From Octopus vulgaris (lineage: Eukaryota), in assembly GCA_951406725.2 (NCBI GenBank), contig OX597820.1, positions 101,866,001-101,930,000 of the forward strand: 64,000 nucleotides of DNA. Direction: 5' to 3'. The notes under the pieces were generated by a model. The model ran no database searches and was not told the origin of the DNA. It worked only from the letters and a program-made list of their open reading frames with translations. Both the position numbers and the translations under genes were made by a program. Below, in pieces: positions 11,734-23,364 of the stretch (position 1 is the stretch's first letter; each line of letters opens with the position of its first letter).

Positions 11734-12760
11734 ATCTTACTATAATGGGCGTTATGTCTGTCTGTTCCCTTTGCATGGTCAAACGGCTAGACCAATGGTC
11801 ACAATATGTTTTTCAGGATTATGAAGGAGGTAATCAGGAAGTTATTTAGCGAAAAAAACGTGAAAAATTATTTTTAGTGGATACTGAGTTTTGTATTAAT
11901 AAATCACCTTTGATTTTTTTTTACTAAAATTCTGGTAACGAGGATTAACTCTGGATTTCCACCCATACTCCATATAGTTCATGAATTTAGAGGGTTTAGA
12001 TTTGTGATACTATCCCTTTATTTCTCATCGTAGATAGGCAGATTTGCTATCTTACTATAATGGGCATTATGTACGTCTCTTTCTTCTTCACAGTCAGATG
12101 GCTGGAGCAATGGTTACGATATTTTTGGGGATTATAAAGCCGGTCATCAGGAAGGTTTTTAGCATTAAAAAATCAGACAGTATGATTATTTCATATATAT
12201 ATCAATTTTTGAATTGATAAACCTCCTTCACATTTTTATTAAAAATTCACCAACCCCTAAGTAACTGGATTTTCATCGTTATAGTATGTGGCCCCATTGT
12301 AGATATGAATGGGGTCGCAAGGACGGTTGATAGTGAAAATAAAATGGAAAAAGTGTGTCAGTATATAGTATGTGTGATTATTTAGTGGTTATTAAAGTGT
12401 GTCAGCCTCGTGCAGGATTCAAAATGGTCAATCGAAGCAGTTGTTTACATCTTAGTTTTGCCAATCAAAATAACCCACAGTACCAGAACATTGAGAATTT
12501 ATTCACATCTAACAGAGAGAGGTCAGTCTTAGTTTGATTTTTTGCAACTCTAAAGATTCTGCTTGTGCATTCAAAGCAAACAAGGCACAGGGCCAAACAT
12601 TAGATCATGTAGGTGTATTTTTATCCACACTGATATTTACACACAACCACTTATATGTCACCATGAATAGAGCAATGAACTCCAGTAATTTGAAAGTTAG
12701 AGTCAACCAAACAGAAAATTTCGTCTAGAAAGAAGTTTTGTAATCATACTGATATTATCG
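11734..12760 (+). mobile_element. Helitron remnant with duplicated 5' end and Pif1-helicase C-terminus
   Basis: Two a|TCTTACTATAATGGGC starts (~11735, ~12050). ORF 12534-12728 NKAQGQTLDHVGVFL...NHLYV...NLKV...TENFV matches helicase motifs V/VI of RepHel. Confidence 0.75.
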
Positions 12761-13237
12761 AAAGGAATATGATTCATAATATAAATAAAGATATTTGTGA
12801 ACTGTGAATGTATAAGAGAATAAACAAGCATGAAATAGTATAAACAACTAATATAAAAGTATATCTAAATAACATTTTCTTCTAATAAATTTTATGTAGT
12901 GGTCAAAAGAAACTCTGGCTTTCATTTGGAGTGGATCACATAACCATTCATGATAGAGAAGCTGGGAGCCTATTTCAGTTTGGGAGTGAATCGTCATCAC
13001 ATGTTACTTAGTTGCAAACATGTCAAATAGCTGCAACAGAATGTTGTATCACCAACAATAATGTGATTTCTCAAAGACATCACCCAGTCATCTATTAAGT
13101 ATATTTACACATCTCTCAATACATACTGCTGTTATGACTTCCCTCCCTCCCTCATCTTATGCCTCCATTGTAGAAGGGTAGATTTGCTACTACATCGAAT
13201 GTAAACAATGTGATTGAAGATGGAAAAATAGGTAATA

Positions 13238-13280
13238 GTGTATATGCATATTTCAGGAGTTCTTGCTCCTTCATCAGTGC
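13238..13280 (-). ncRNA. Minimal hammerhead-like motif, left arm of an inverted repeat
   Basis: Minus strand reads CTGATGA-AGGAG-caagaa-CTCCT-GAAA-TATGCATA-TA. Stem III ATATGCATAT is a perfect palindrome; stem I is degenerate. Confidence 0.55.
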
Positions 13281-13474
13281 CACATCCAACCCATTAATCA
13301 TCCACAAATTCATTGCTTAAATAGCCATTAAATATACAAGCATAACATTATTCAATATACTGATTTTACATATTAATGACTTGTAGGACACCATATTTTC
13401 TTATGCAACCATAATATACTACAAAGTATATTAAACACTTTAAAAGTAAATACTGTGTCCTACTGTGTTAGCAG

Positions 13475-13734
13475 TGGAGGCACATGGCCTAGTGGTTAGA
13501 GTAACGGACTCGCAGTTGAGGGATCGCGGGTTCGAATCTCCATGTGGCTCCTGCAGAAGGTAATTGCGAACTTTTGCTGACTCTTTCACCACAACTTTCT
13601 CTCACTCTTTCCTCCTGCATCTTGCAGCTCACCTGTGCCAGACTGGCGTTCCGTCCAGGTGGGGAACCTATACGCCAAGGAAACCGGCCCTATGAGACAG
13701 GCGTGGCTCGAGAAGGAACAAACAACAACAACAA
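13475..13734 (+). mobile_element. SINE family B with 13-bp TSD
   Basis: TSD actgtgttagcag at 13462-13474 and 13735-13747, tRNA-like head, (CAA)n tail. Confidence 0.85.
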
Positions 13735-13838
13735 ACTGTGTTAGCAGGGCTATTAAATCTCTCCAGATTTTCTATAGAAATATGTAAAATTTGGTATATC
13801 CCAGTAATGTTGCTCTGCTATAATTAATAGCAGTTTAA

Positions 13839-14888
13839 CCCTTTCGTTACTATATTTCTGACCAAAATACACCCCTTATGTGTTTCAATTAATTTCTAAC
13901 GTAATCATAAATTTAGTCTGGTTTCATTAAACAACTATAACTTTTTTATTTATCAATATATTAACATGAATTTTGGAAGATAATTTAATGAAATGTTCTC
14001 AACCAATTCTATACTATAATTTTTGTCACAAAGTGACTCTAATTGCAGGTAGATACAGGTAAATTCAACAAAATATAAAATTATTAAAATTTTGTTCAAA
14101 CATCGCTATAGAAAATGGGTTATTAGCTAATATTCAATTGGGTATACAACAAAATTTTACGATAGAATTTGTTATTCTGGGTAACTTTCTGATACCCATA
14201 ATATTTAAGGCAAAATAGTCTTAATTTCATTTAAGGTTATGGGAAACCACTTTCTTTCATTTTGTTTACATTTAGCGTAACGGTTCGTTTCTGCCGTAAT
14301 GATTTCAAATAGGCTCATTCGAAAAAGTAAAAAAATTAGTCTAAGGCTTTACTCTTCTGGGAAAGTCTGTGGCTTGGTCCAGTTTCTTCAGAAAAATCAC
14401 CGAAAGAAACAGTTTTTAAATTTTCACTCCATTCAGGTGCCAATTCATTTTCTTTATCGCTGTCGGAGCTCTCGGATTCACTGTTTTCACTTTCGGAAAA
14501 TGAAACATCAGATTCATTATCAAATACCACATGCTTTTTTTTTCAGTCATAGAGTTAGAATTTATGGTCTTCAGTAGAAAATCCTTCGAATTCTGACTCG
14601 CTGCTTGATATAATGAAATTCGTATCCATTTTTTGTCAGAATTACAAATTTTGAAAACACAATAGGAACAAATTTCGGAAAAAAATCTCCCAAAATTCAC
14701 GGAATTAAAATTACACTTCGATTTTTCTACAAAACTGTAGTTGAACTCTTTACGAAGTATAATACGTGTTTTCACGAATGTACTAAAGAGATTTGCTCTG
14801 ATATTCTCATTTAAATATGAATAGGTAAATTCGGGTGGTTTGGTCACATTAACCAAAATTTTTTTTGGGCGGTTTGGTAACGAAAGGG
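13839..14888 (-). mobile_element. Internally deleted piggyBac transposon
   Basis: TTAA TSDs (13835-13838, 14889-14892) and TIR CCCTTTCGTTAC/GTAACGAAAGGG. Minus-strand remnant of the acidic PGBD N-terminus (ESENSESESSDSD...FEIITAETNRYA). Confidence 0.9.
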
Positions 14889-14927
14889 TTAAGCAATAAA
14901 TTCATGGATGGTTAATGGGCTGGATGA

Positions 14928-14974
14928 GGTACTGATGAAGGAGCAAGAACCCCTAAAATAAGGCATATACAACC
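14928..14974 (+). ncRNA. Decayed hammerhead-like motif, right arm (copy of 13238-13280)
   Basis: CTGATGA-AGGAG-caagaa-CCCCT-AAAA-TAAGGCATATA; GAAA is lost. Confidence 0.35.
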
Positions 14975-15011
14975 ATTATCTATTTTTCCATCTTTGATTG
15001 CATTGTTGTTT

Positions 15012-15221
15012 ACATTCTTTTATTTGTTTCAGTCATTTGATTGCAGCCATACTGGAGCACCGCCTTTAGTCGAGCAAATCGACCCCAGGACTTATTCCTT
15101 GTAAGCCTAGTACTTATTCTATTGGTTTCTCTTGCTGAACCGCTAAGTGACGTGGATGTAAGCACACCAGCATCGGTTGTCAAGTGATGTTGGGGGGACA
15201 AACACATACACACACACACAC
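15012..15221 (-). mobile_element. 3' half of SINE family A, split by the PLE
   Basis: The tail module; its matching head half is at 18553-18716. Confidence 0.85.
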
Positions 15222-15460
15222 ACCACTACCCCAACTCCTCCACCACCCTTCTCCCCTCCCGATAGGCTCCATCCACCCACACCTAACCCCACTGCCCCTC
15301 CCTACAACCCCTTCTCCCCTCCCGTTAGGCTCCATCCACCTACACCTAACCCTACTGCCCCGCCCAACCACCCCCACACACCTCCCCAATCCCTCCCCCT
15401 CAGACCTCCACGAGACCTACCACCCCTCCTACTTCTATTCCACCCACCCCTTCTCCACTT

Positions 15461-17874
15461 CCGTCTGTTGTTACCATTCCCCCCGATCTTCCCCTCTCTG
15501 CGGCTGAACGCTCCGTCCTTGGTAGGGGTCTGCGTTTCATCCCCCTCACTCCATCCTGTAAGGAATTCCAGACGCGAGTTGATGTCCACAGCTTTGTGCG
15601 CCGTGTCCGGTTGGGTGCGCATTACCACGACTCGCCACCCACACCCAACGAAGAGGACTGCTTCACTGGCCTGGGCCGCCGACCATCCCCGTGGACGCCT
15701 GCCCCTGGCCAGATCCTAGCAGTGGATCTTTTCGCGGGCGCTTGTCAGCGTGCATTGGAGCGGTTCAACTTCTCCAGGCGCCAACGCCGCCTCAACATCT
15801 CCCCGGCTGAGCTCTTGGCTCTTCGTTCCCTCCAACGGCGCGCTGACATTATCATCAAACCGGCTGACAAGGGTGGAGCTGTAGTGGTGTGGCGCGCGGA
15901 CCTCTATAGGGCCGAGGCTTTCCGCCAACTCAATGACACCTCCTTCTATTCCCCTCTGCCCTCTAACCCCACACGTAGCTACCAACAGACGGTATCCTCT
16001 ACTGTCCAAGACTTCATCTCGTCCTCCCGTCTCCCCCGCACCGCATCCAACCTAATTGTGCGAACCCCACGTACCCCCACCATTTACTTCCTCCCCAAAA
16101 TCCACAAACCCAACAACCCTGACCGCCCCATCGTCTCCGCCTGTAACTGCCCCACGGAGCTCATCTCTAAATACCTCGACCGTGTCCTTGCCCCCCTAGT
16201 GGCATCTCTTCCCTCCCACATCCACGATACCAACCATGCTCTCCGGCTTTTCAACTCCTTCTCCTTTCCTCCCGGTTCCTCCAAAATCCTTTTTACTATG
16301 GACATCCAAAGCCTCTATACTGTTATCCCTCACCACGAAGGACTGCAGGCCCTTCGACACTTTCTTGACCTCCGCTCTAACCCTGTACCTGACACCTCCA
16401 CACTCATTCGTCTGGCCGAACTTGTCCTTACTCTGAACTGCTTCTCGTTCGCGGGCGAGTTCTACCATCAGGTCTCGGGAGTGGCCATGGGAACGCGAAT
16501 GGGCCCCAACTATGCGAACCTGTTCGTTGGCTATGTTGAGGCCCAAATATTCTCTAATTTCACTGGTCCCACTCCTGAACTATATGGTCGTTACATTGAC
16601 GACATTATCGGTGCCACCTCACTCTCCCGCGAACATCTAGATTCCTTCCTCTCTTTCGTCCAATCTTTCCATCCAGCCCTCCACTTCACTTCCACTATTT
16701 CCAATACCTCTGTCTCCTTCCTCGACATTTCGGTTAGCATTCTTCACTCCACTCTTACCACCTCCATTCACTACAAACACACAGACTCACACTCATACCT
16801 CAACTTCTCTTCCTCCCACCCAGAACACACCAAGCTTTCCATCCCCTATTCCCAATTCCTCCGTCTACGTAGGCTCTGTAGTGACGACCATGACTTTGAG
16901 ACTCAGTCTCAACGTATGGCTCACCACTTCACCCTACGTGGATACCCCCTCACCACTATCCACACCGCCCTTGCCAGAGCACGGTCCGTGGACCGTGTAT
17001 CTGCTCTCTCTCCCCGAACCCGCCCTGTAGTCTCCCGCCTCCCTTTTCCCCTCACTTACCACCCCACGACCCTACGTCTCCAACGCACCATTCTTCGAGC
17101 TTTCCGTCATCTCCAGTCCGACCCGTCCACTTCACACCTCTTCCCTAACCGACCCCTCCCTCTTTCAAACGAGCCCACAACCTTCGAGACCTTTTGGTCC
17201 ATAGCTCCTTCCCTGACCCTACCTCCCAACCCGGCTCGTTCCCCTGCTCCCGCCCACGTTGCCGCACTTGCCCTTACCTCTCCAACACCACCCGCCTCAC
17301 TAGCACCCACCATCGACCCTATCCCATCATCCACTCCTTCACCTGCACCTCCAGCAATATTATCTATTGCATCTCTTGCTCTCTCTGTAATTCCTTGTAC
17401 ATCGGACAAACGGGACGCCGCTTGGCTGACCGGTTCGCGGAACACCTTCGTGACATCCACCTTGCGAACGACACACCGGTCTCATGCCATTTCCGCTCCA
17501 CCGGTCACTCCTTGCAACACCTATCTGTGTTCGGTTTGTCCTTACACAGAGGCCATCCGGATTCCCGTTTGCGCCGTGAACAGGAATTAATCTTCTCTCT
17601 TCGCTCTTATACGCCATTTGGTCTCAACTCTCCCCCTCCTCATCTAACCCCCTCTCCCCCTCCTCACCTATCCTTTCCCCCGACCCCTACTTCTTCAGTC
17701 CTTCATCCTTTCACCCCTACTCCCCTTCCCTTCTTCCCTCTTTCTCCCTCCCTCTTCCCCTTCCCTCTGCTCCCTCACTCCCCTTCTCCCTCTTTCCTCC
17801 TTCATCCCCCTCCTCTCCCCCCCTCTTCTTCCCCTCCCCTTCTCTCCCCCTCTTCTCCTCACTACACCACATGA
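15461..17874 (+). CDS. PLE reverse transcriptase / GIY-YIG endonuclease, with one apparent 1-nt deletion near 17157-17160
   Basis: LSAAERSVLGRGLRF, IIKPADKGGAVVV, LPKIHK..RPIVS, DIQSLYT, GVAMGT, RYIDD, FLDI, SSHP. In the shifted frame: CSRPRCRTC linker, NIIYCISCSLCNSLYIGQT, RFAEH, EQELI, PFGLN. Confidence 0.9.
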
Positions 17875-17899
17875 CTTTACACATCACATCACATATGAT

Positions 17900-18230
17900 G
17901 TGCCATACTAATACACACACCAACTAATACATACTAATACGTACTAATACATACTAGTACATACTAATACTTACACCAACCCTATACATACACACGTCCA
18001 GACCCCGCATACGCACTTATACTCTCTCATACACACACACACACACACACACCTATACATACCAATACGTACTAATACATACTAATACATACACCAACCC
18101 CATACATACGCACGTCCAGACCAATCCTACGCACTAATACTCTCTCATACACACACACACACCCTTATACATACTAATACATACACCAACCCTATACATA
18201 CACACATCCAGACCCCTCCTACGCACTATT
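17900..18230 (+). repeat. Tandem repeats in the PLE 3' UTR (catactaata units within three ~110-120-bp higher-order units)
   Basis: Repeated acaccaaccctatacatacacacgtccagacc..acgcact. Confidence 0.8.
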
Positions 18231-18398
18231 AGCTGGTCCCTCAACCCTTTTATCAACCCTATTATCTCCCCTTATTTTGCTCTCACGTCTCATATTTGAT
18301 ATTTGACCTCTGGCCGAAATCAGATCGCCATGTTGATTCGTTAGCTACTGCACGCATTTTTTTCTCTCCTTCTTTCTGTGTTTTTCTCTCTCTGTGTA

Positions 18399-18436
18399 TC
18401 TTTCTGTTGAAGAGCGTAGGCTCGAAACGTTAAAGA
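18399..18436 (+). ncRNA. Minimal type-I hammerhead ribozyme in the PLE pLTR (A6->U variant)
   Basis: tcttt-CTGTTGA-A-GAGC-gtag-GCTC-GAAA-CGTT-aaaga. Stem I tcttt/aaaga, stem II GAGC/GCTC, palindromic stem III AACGTT. Confidence 0.75.
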
Positions 18437-18552
18437 CTTGTTTTATTTATATTTCCTGAGCGCCATACTAATACAATTGTTCGTTTGTTTTCCACCTGCC
18501 TTCGTCTTTTGTTTATTTTCATAAAGCTTCCCGTTATATATATATATATATA

Positions 18553-18716
18553 TACGACAGGCTTCTTTCAGTTTCCGTCAACCAAATGCACTCACAAGGC
18601 TTTGGTCAGCCCAAGGCTATAGTAGAAGACACTTGCCCAAGGTGCCATGCAATGGGACTAAACCTGGAACCATGTGGTTGGTAAGCAAGCTACTTACCAC
18701 GCAGCCATTCCTGCGT
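18553..18716 (-). mobile_element. 5' (tRNA head) half of SINE family A
   Basis: Continues 15012-15221 across the PLE. Confidence 0.85.
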
Positions 18717-19276
18717 CTAATACATTAGACGTATTCAAATATGAATCATCGTATCAAATCAATGCTGGCTATGATTTCTATAGAAAATCTGTAGAGATAA
18801 GCTTAACAAGTAAATAAATGTCAATTGATATTAAGGCATGGCTAAGGTACAGGCATGGCTGTGTAGTCAAAAATTTACTCTTCACTCTCTGGTACCTTGG
18901 ACATGTGCCTTCTACTATGGGCCAACCAAAGTCTTGTGGGTGGATTTGAGAGATAAAAACTGAAAGAAACTTGTCATATGTAATATGATGTGATGTACAT
19001 GATATACGTATATATATATATATATATATATCCCAAAAATGGAATAAGAACATAACAGATGGCAATAAAAACATATGGACAGATAGATGATATAAAGACG
19101 GACAAGAAAAAACAAAGACTTCTATCCATCAGTCAAATTTCCAAATTATCATTACAGTTTCATCATCATCATCATCATTGTTTAATGTCCACTTTTCATG
19201 CTAGCATGAGTATATATATATATATAGATATATATACATATATCTATATATATATGATGTATGTGATATATATATA

Positions 19277-20150
19277 CAGGGTGCAGTGGATAAATTGTTG
19301 CCATCTTACATTTCTAATTTCGCACATGAGCATTCTTTGTTCTTGATTTTGTTGACTACACAGTATAGTAGAGTCAGTGGGGCACTGTCTGAGAAAAACA
19401 GCATCATGATGCATTTCACTTGGCCAGAAATTTGGAAACGACATGTTGTACTGTTTGGCATTAGCATCAGAAGCTCCAGTATGAACATTTCAAAGTGTTT
19501 GGGTGTCAATCTGAGGACATTTACTGAGAGTGATAAAAATCAAACATCCAGTCAATATTATGGTGTTTGGAGTGATCACTAGTGATGATGACATTATGTC
19601 TCCATTCATCTTCCCATATGGTCTCAGACTCAACGCGGAGACCTACATTAAGTGCCTAGAGGAGGTAGTGCTACCCTGGGTCAAAAGGGTGGCTACTGGA
19701 AGACCCTATGTCTGGCAACAGGACTCTCTTCACCAAGCTACACAAGCAGGAAAACTCAGTTATGCCTGTCAAACAATTTCTGCGCCAACATCACCCCTAA
19801 CATCTGGCCATCTAACCCGCCAGACTGCAACCCACATGATTACTATGTGTGGGCACAGTTGAGTGAGAGACCAACAAAACTCATTATAAGACCAACGACA
19901 AACTGAAGGCAAGGATTATGACAGCATTCACCAACTTAAACAAGGAGACCATCCAGAAGAATTGCAGGAGATTCTGAAATTGCCTGAAAGCTGTGGTTGA
20001 AGCCAATGGCAATCTTATTGAATAAATCCACTCTTTATAATATTTCAAAATATTTTGATGTAATTTTGGTAAACATATCTGTTAAAATGAGATGTCAGTG
20101 TTATTTTCATTTTTGCATAATTTAGATGACAGTTTATTCACCGCACCCTG
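19277..20150 (+). mobile_element. Internally deleted maT (DD37D) Tc1/mariner element
   Basis: TIR CAGGGTGCAGTGGATAAATTG / CAGTTTATTCACCGCACCCTG. Remnants IMVFGVIT, YVWQQDS and WPSNPPDCNPHDYYVW, with about 37 residues between the last two Asp after correcting a frameshift. Confidence 0.85.
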
Positions 20151-20167
20151 TGTGTGTGTGTATGTAT

Positions 20168-20225
<58 letters not shown>

Positions 20226-20249
20226 TATATATATATGGAAAATGTATGC

Positions 20250-20492
20250 ATGTGTTACTGTCTCCTTATCTTAACATCACCTGATAGTTGAAAACGTGTC
20301 ACCATCATGAAAGTAGTGTCTTTCATTTCTAAATGTTCAAAAGCATGTCTGGTCATGGGGAAATATTACCTTACTTGGAAAAGGATGAATGTTGGTGACA
20401 GGTAGGGCATCCATCCAGCCATGGAAAGTGTGCCTCATCAAATTCTGTCTAAGTGGACAAAGTGGATGTTAAAACAATAATAATGATGATGA
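20250..20492 (+). repeat. Family F repeat (ggggaaatattacctt..ggttgg..aggaagggcatcc..(GAT)n)
   Basis: Other copies at 20870-21030(-), 22830-23015(-), 33150-33360(-), 58615-59045, 62760-63010 and 63235-63500. Confidence 0.7.
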
Positions 20493-21899
20493 TATATTAA
20501 AGAGTTTCATATTCCCTCTGAGTAATTCTGGTTTACATCTATAATATCTGTTGTCAGTAATAATACATGAACTCATACATACATGCATACAGTATGGCCA
20601 TAGCCAGCAGGTTGAAAATATGTAACTTAACATATACATATGGAATGGTTTCATCCTTTATTCAAACAAAGCATAGAAGAAATGTTTCAAATCCACAGCT
20701 CTGAAGTAAATGACAGTAGGCCAAACTGGTAAACTTGTAGAAAGAGAACATATCACCATGCTGGACCAAAAGCTATGGTACAGGATGAACATCTGAACTG
20801 ATTCTTTAATGGTCCAGAAACAAATGAAGTTAAATGGTACTGCAAAGAGGCTAATAAAATCAAGAATTAGTTGAGGTAGCTTTTCTATGGCCAAATGACT
20901 TTCCTGTAACCAACCAACCTCACCAGCTTCCTCGTGGCCAGACAATGTTTTGCACAGAAGAGTGGAAATGAACACTGCTTGTATGACAGCGATGCTTGTT
21001 TACAATCATTATGTTATATCAGGACAAGGGGTCTCATACAAACACACACACATGCGCGGGGGCGCATACAATAGACTTCTTTCAGTTTCCATCTACCAAA
21101 TCCACCCACAAGGCTTTGGTTGGCCAGAGACTATAGTAGAAGATACTTGCTCGAGGCATTATGCCGTGCGACTGAATCTAGGCCACATGGTCTCAACCAC
21201 ATCTAGCCACATATTTAAATACTAAAATTCTGTTTGTGTGTGTGTTTCTTGCTTTTGGACTAAACGAAACTTTGTCACAATCAAATGACAACTTATCTAC
21301 ACTTAGTCAAAGCCCTTGTGCCTGAAAAAATCTGAAGGGAAACTGACAGTGAGGAGTCTTAAAGTATAAGAATTCTGTTCATTATTACATCAACCATTTG
21401 TAACAAAAAAAGGAAAGGAAAAGAATGAGTGGAACTTCGCATATACAAACAAGCACATGCATACAACTCAGACACAAAGACAAGTTATTCATAACAAATG
21501 CACACATATACATAGACTGAGTTCTGTAAAAAAAATAAAACAAATTCACTGAATGACATGTTTATAAAGCTATGTAATAGTAAAACTTTAAGAATGTTAT
21601 GTTTTCATTATTTCTCATTCTCTCTCCCTTGACAGCTCTGTCTACTTCTTGGTCTCAACCCCTTTCCCTAATTCATTCTCTCTGATATAGACAGATAGAA
21701 AGATACACATAAATGTTTATAAAATAAATCTATAGTATGTATGTAGCATGTATATATGTACATGTATATATATGTGCACACACACACACACACACAACGA
21801 TTGTCCTCCAGGTCTCTGAAGATGACCAGATTAGAGGCTTTACACTTTGTGGGTCCTGAGAAGGCTTTATTAGGTCAATATTAGCATAAAATCAACAGT

Positions 21900-22228
21900 T
21901 TGCTCAGTGGTTAGAGCATTTGGCTCACAATCATAAGATAGTGAGTTCGATTCCCGGTTCAGGCTGTGCGTTGTGTTTTTGAGCAAGACACTCATTTTTA
22001 CATTGTTCCAGTTCACTCAGCTGTAGAAAGGAGTTGTGATGTCAGTGGTGTGAAGCTGTGTCGGCATTTGCCTTTCCCTAGGACAACATCGGTGGTGTGG
22101 AGAAGAGAGGATGGTATGCATGGGCAATTGCTGGCCTTCCATAAAAATCAACCTTCACCGGACTTGTACTCCAGAGGGGAACTTTCTAGGTGCAATCCCA
22201 TGGTATTTCATGATTGAAGGGTGTTTTT
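21900..22228 (+). mobile_element. tRNA-derived SINE family D
   Basis: gctcagtggttagagc...gagttcgattcccgg head. Minus-strand copies at 39478-39770 and 63617-63800. Confidence 0.8.
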
Positions 22229-22465
22229 TACAGGAGAATGTAGTAGCAGAGTCAGTAGCCAGTGAGACTCTTGTTTTCTGTGCAGCCCTCCTCGCTTCAG
22301 CTTCTATGATTATTTCAGATTCTGAGTGCTATACTCCAGAGCATGTGTATGAGTGCGTATTGTTTTCTGCCATGGGCAAAGTTAATTTACATATATAGTA
22401 GAGACACAGCAATAATAATAATTTTAAATTGTTAAGAATGATAAAAATAAAAAATCAGTACTTAC

Positions 22466-22573
22466 CCACACAGCAATCACAGTAAACACCAAAGCCAAGG
22501 TAAATTGCCAAACCCGCAATCCACTAGGGAGCCGAACATATAACTGGTCACTGTGGCCCAAAATCTGACTGAG
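22466..22573 (-). CDS. TP53I11: Internal coding exon of a TP53I11/PIG11 homolog (LSQILGHSDQLYVRLPSGLRVWQFTLALVFTVIAVW)
   Basis: 108-nt open exon between a polypyrimidine acceptor (ttttatttttctcacAG) and a GTAAGT donor, phase 0/0. The peptide matches human TP53I11 as I recall it ([36 protein letters not shown]). Confidence 0.9.
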
Positions 22574-23051
22574 CTGTGAGAAAAATAAAATAAAGAATTA
22601 CAAAGTTAGAAAACTGGAAAATTTCAGAGGAGGTCTTAGAAAATAAAAACATGAAAATTAAACAAACAAAAATGAATACAAAAACAACAGCAGCAGCCAC
22701 CACTGCTGCTGCTATTGTCATCATTCCAAGCTGGCATGGGTTGGACCATGTGCATATAAAAATTATATGGAAGATAATTCCGAAAGTGAGAATGCAGTGA
22801 GTATTCATGATCATCATTATTGTTTAAACAATGTTAACATGGCTCAGATGGTTGATTTGCTATGATTGAATGCCTTTCCTGTCACCAACCTTCACTTGCT
22901 TCCAAGCAAGGTCATATTCCTCTAAGGCTAGTCATGTTCTTGGAAATCTAGAAATGAATGGTACCACTAGCATGATGATGACACTTGTTTGCAATTAGCA
23001 TGTGATGTCAAGACAAAACAGAACAAATATATATATATATATATATATATA

Positions 23052-23352
23052 GCATCGTGACCAACCAGGCTATTAGATGTTGCTACAATCACTGGCCACA
23101 ATGCGCTTCGCATTGTTTAGCCTTCAAATGACGCCACCCTGCTGGTTAAGCGAGCAGGCCAACAGAAGAAAGAGTGAGGGAAAGTTGTGGCGAAAGAGTA
23201 CAGCAGGGATCGCCACCACCCCCTGCTGGAGCCTTGTGGAGCTTTAGGTGTTTACGCTCAATAAACACTCACAACGCCCAGTCTGGGAATCAAAACCGCA
23301 ATCCTATGATGGCGAGTCCGCTGCCCTAACCACTGGGCCATTGCGCCTCCAC
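23052..23352 (-). mobile_element. SINE family B variant
   Basis: Same head as 1187 (ggaggcgcaatggcccagtgg) with a different 3' part. Confidence 0.75.
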
Positions 23353-23364
23353 ATATATCAGAGC

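Larger units (their letters stand above)
15222..18535 (+). mobile_element. Penelope-like retroelement (Neptune-type), near intact
   Basis: C-rich sense strand with an RT plus C-terminal GIY-YIG ORF, tandem 3'-UTR repeats and a hammerhead near the 3' end. Bounded by (CA)n and (TA)n of the host SINE. Confidence 0.92.

Noticed and set aside
17872-18300. Terminal TGA of the PLE as possible selenocysteine, as in some Naiad PLEs
   Set aside because: The endonuclease is C-terminal (not Naiad-like), the TGA follows a low-complexity tail, and I recognise no SECIS.
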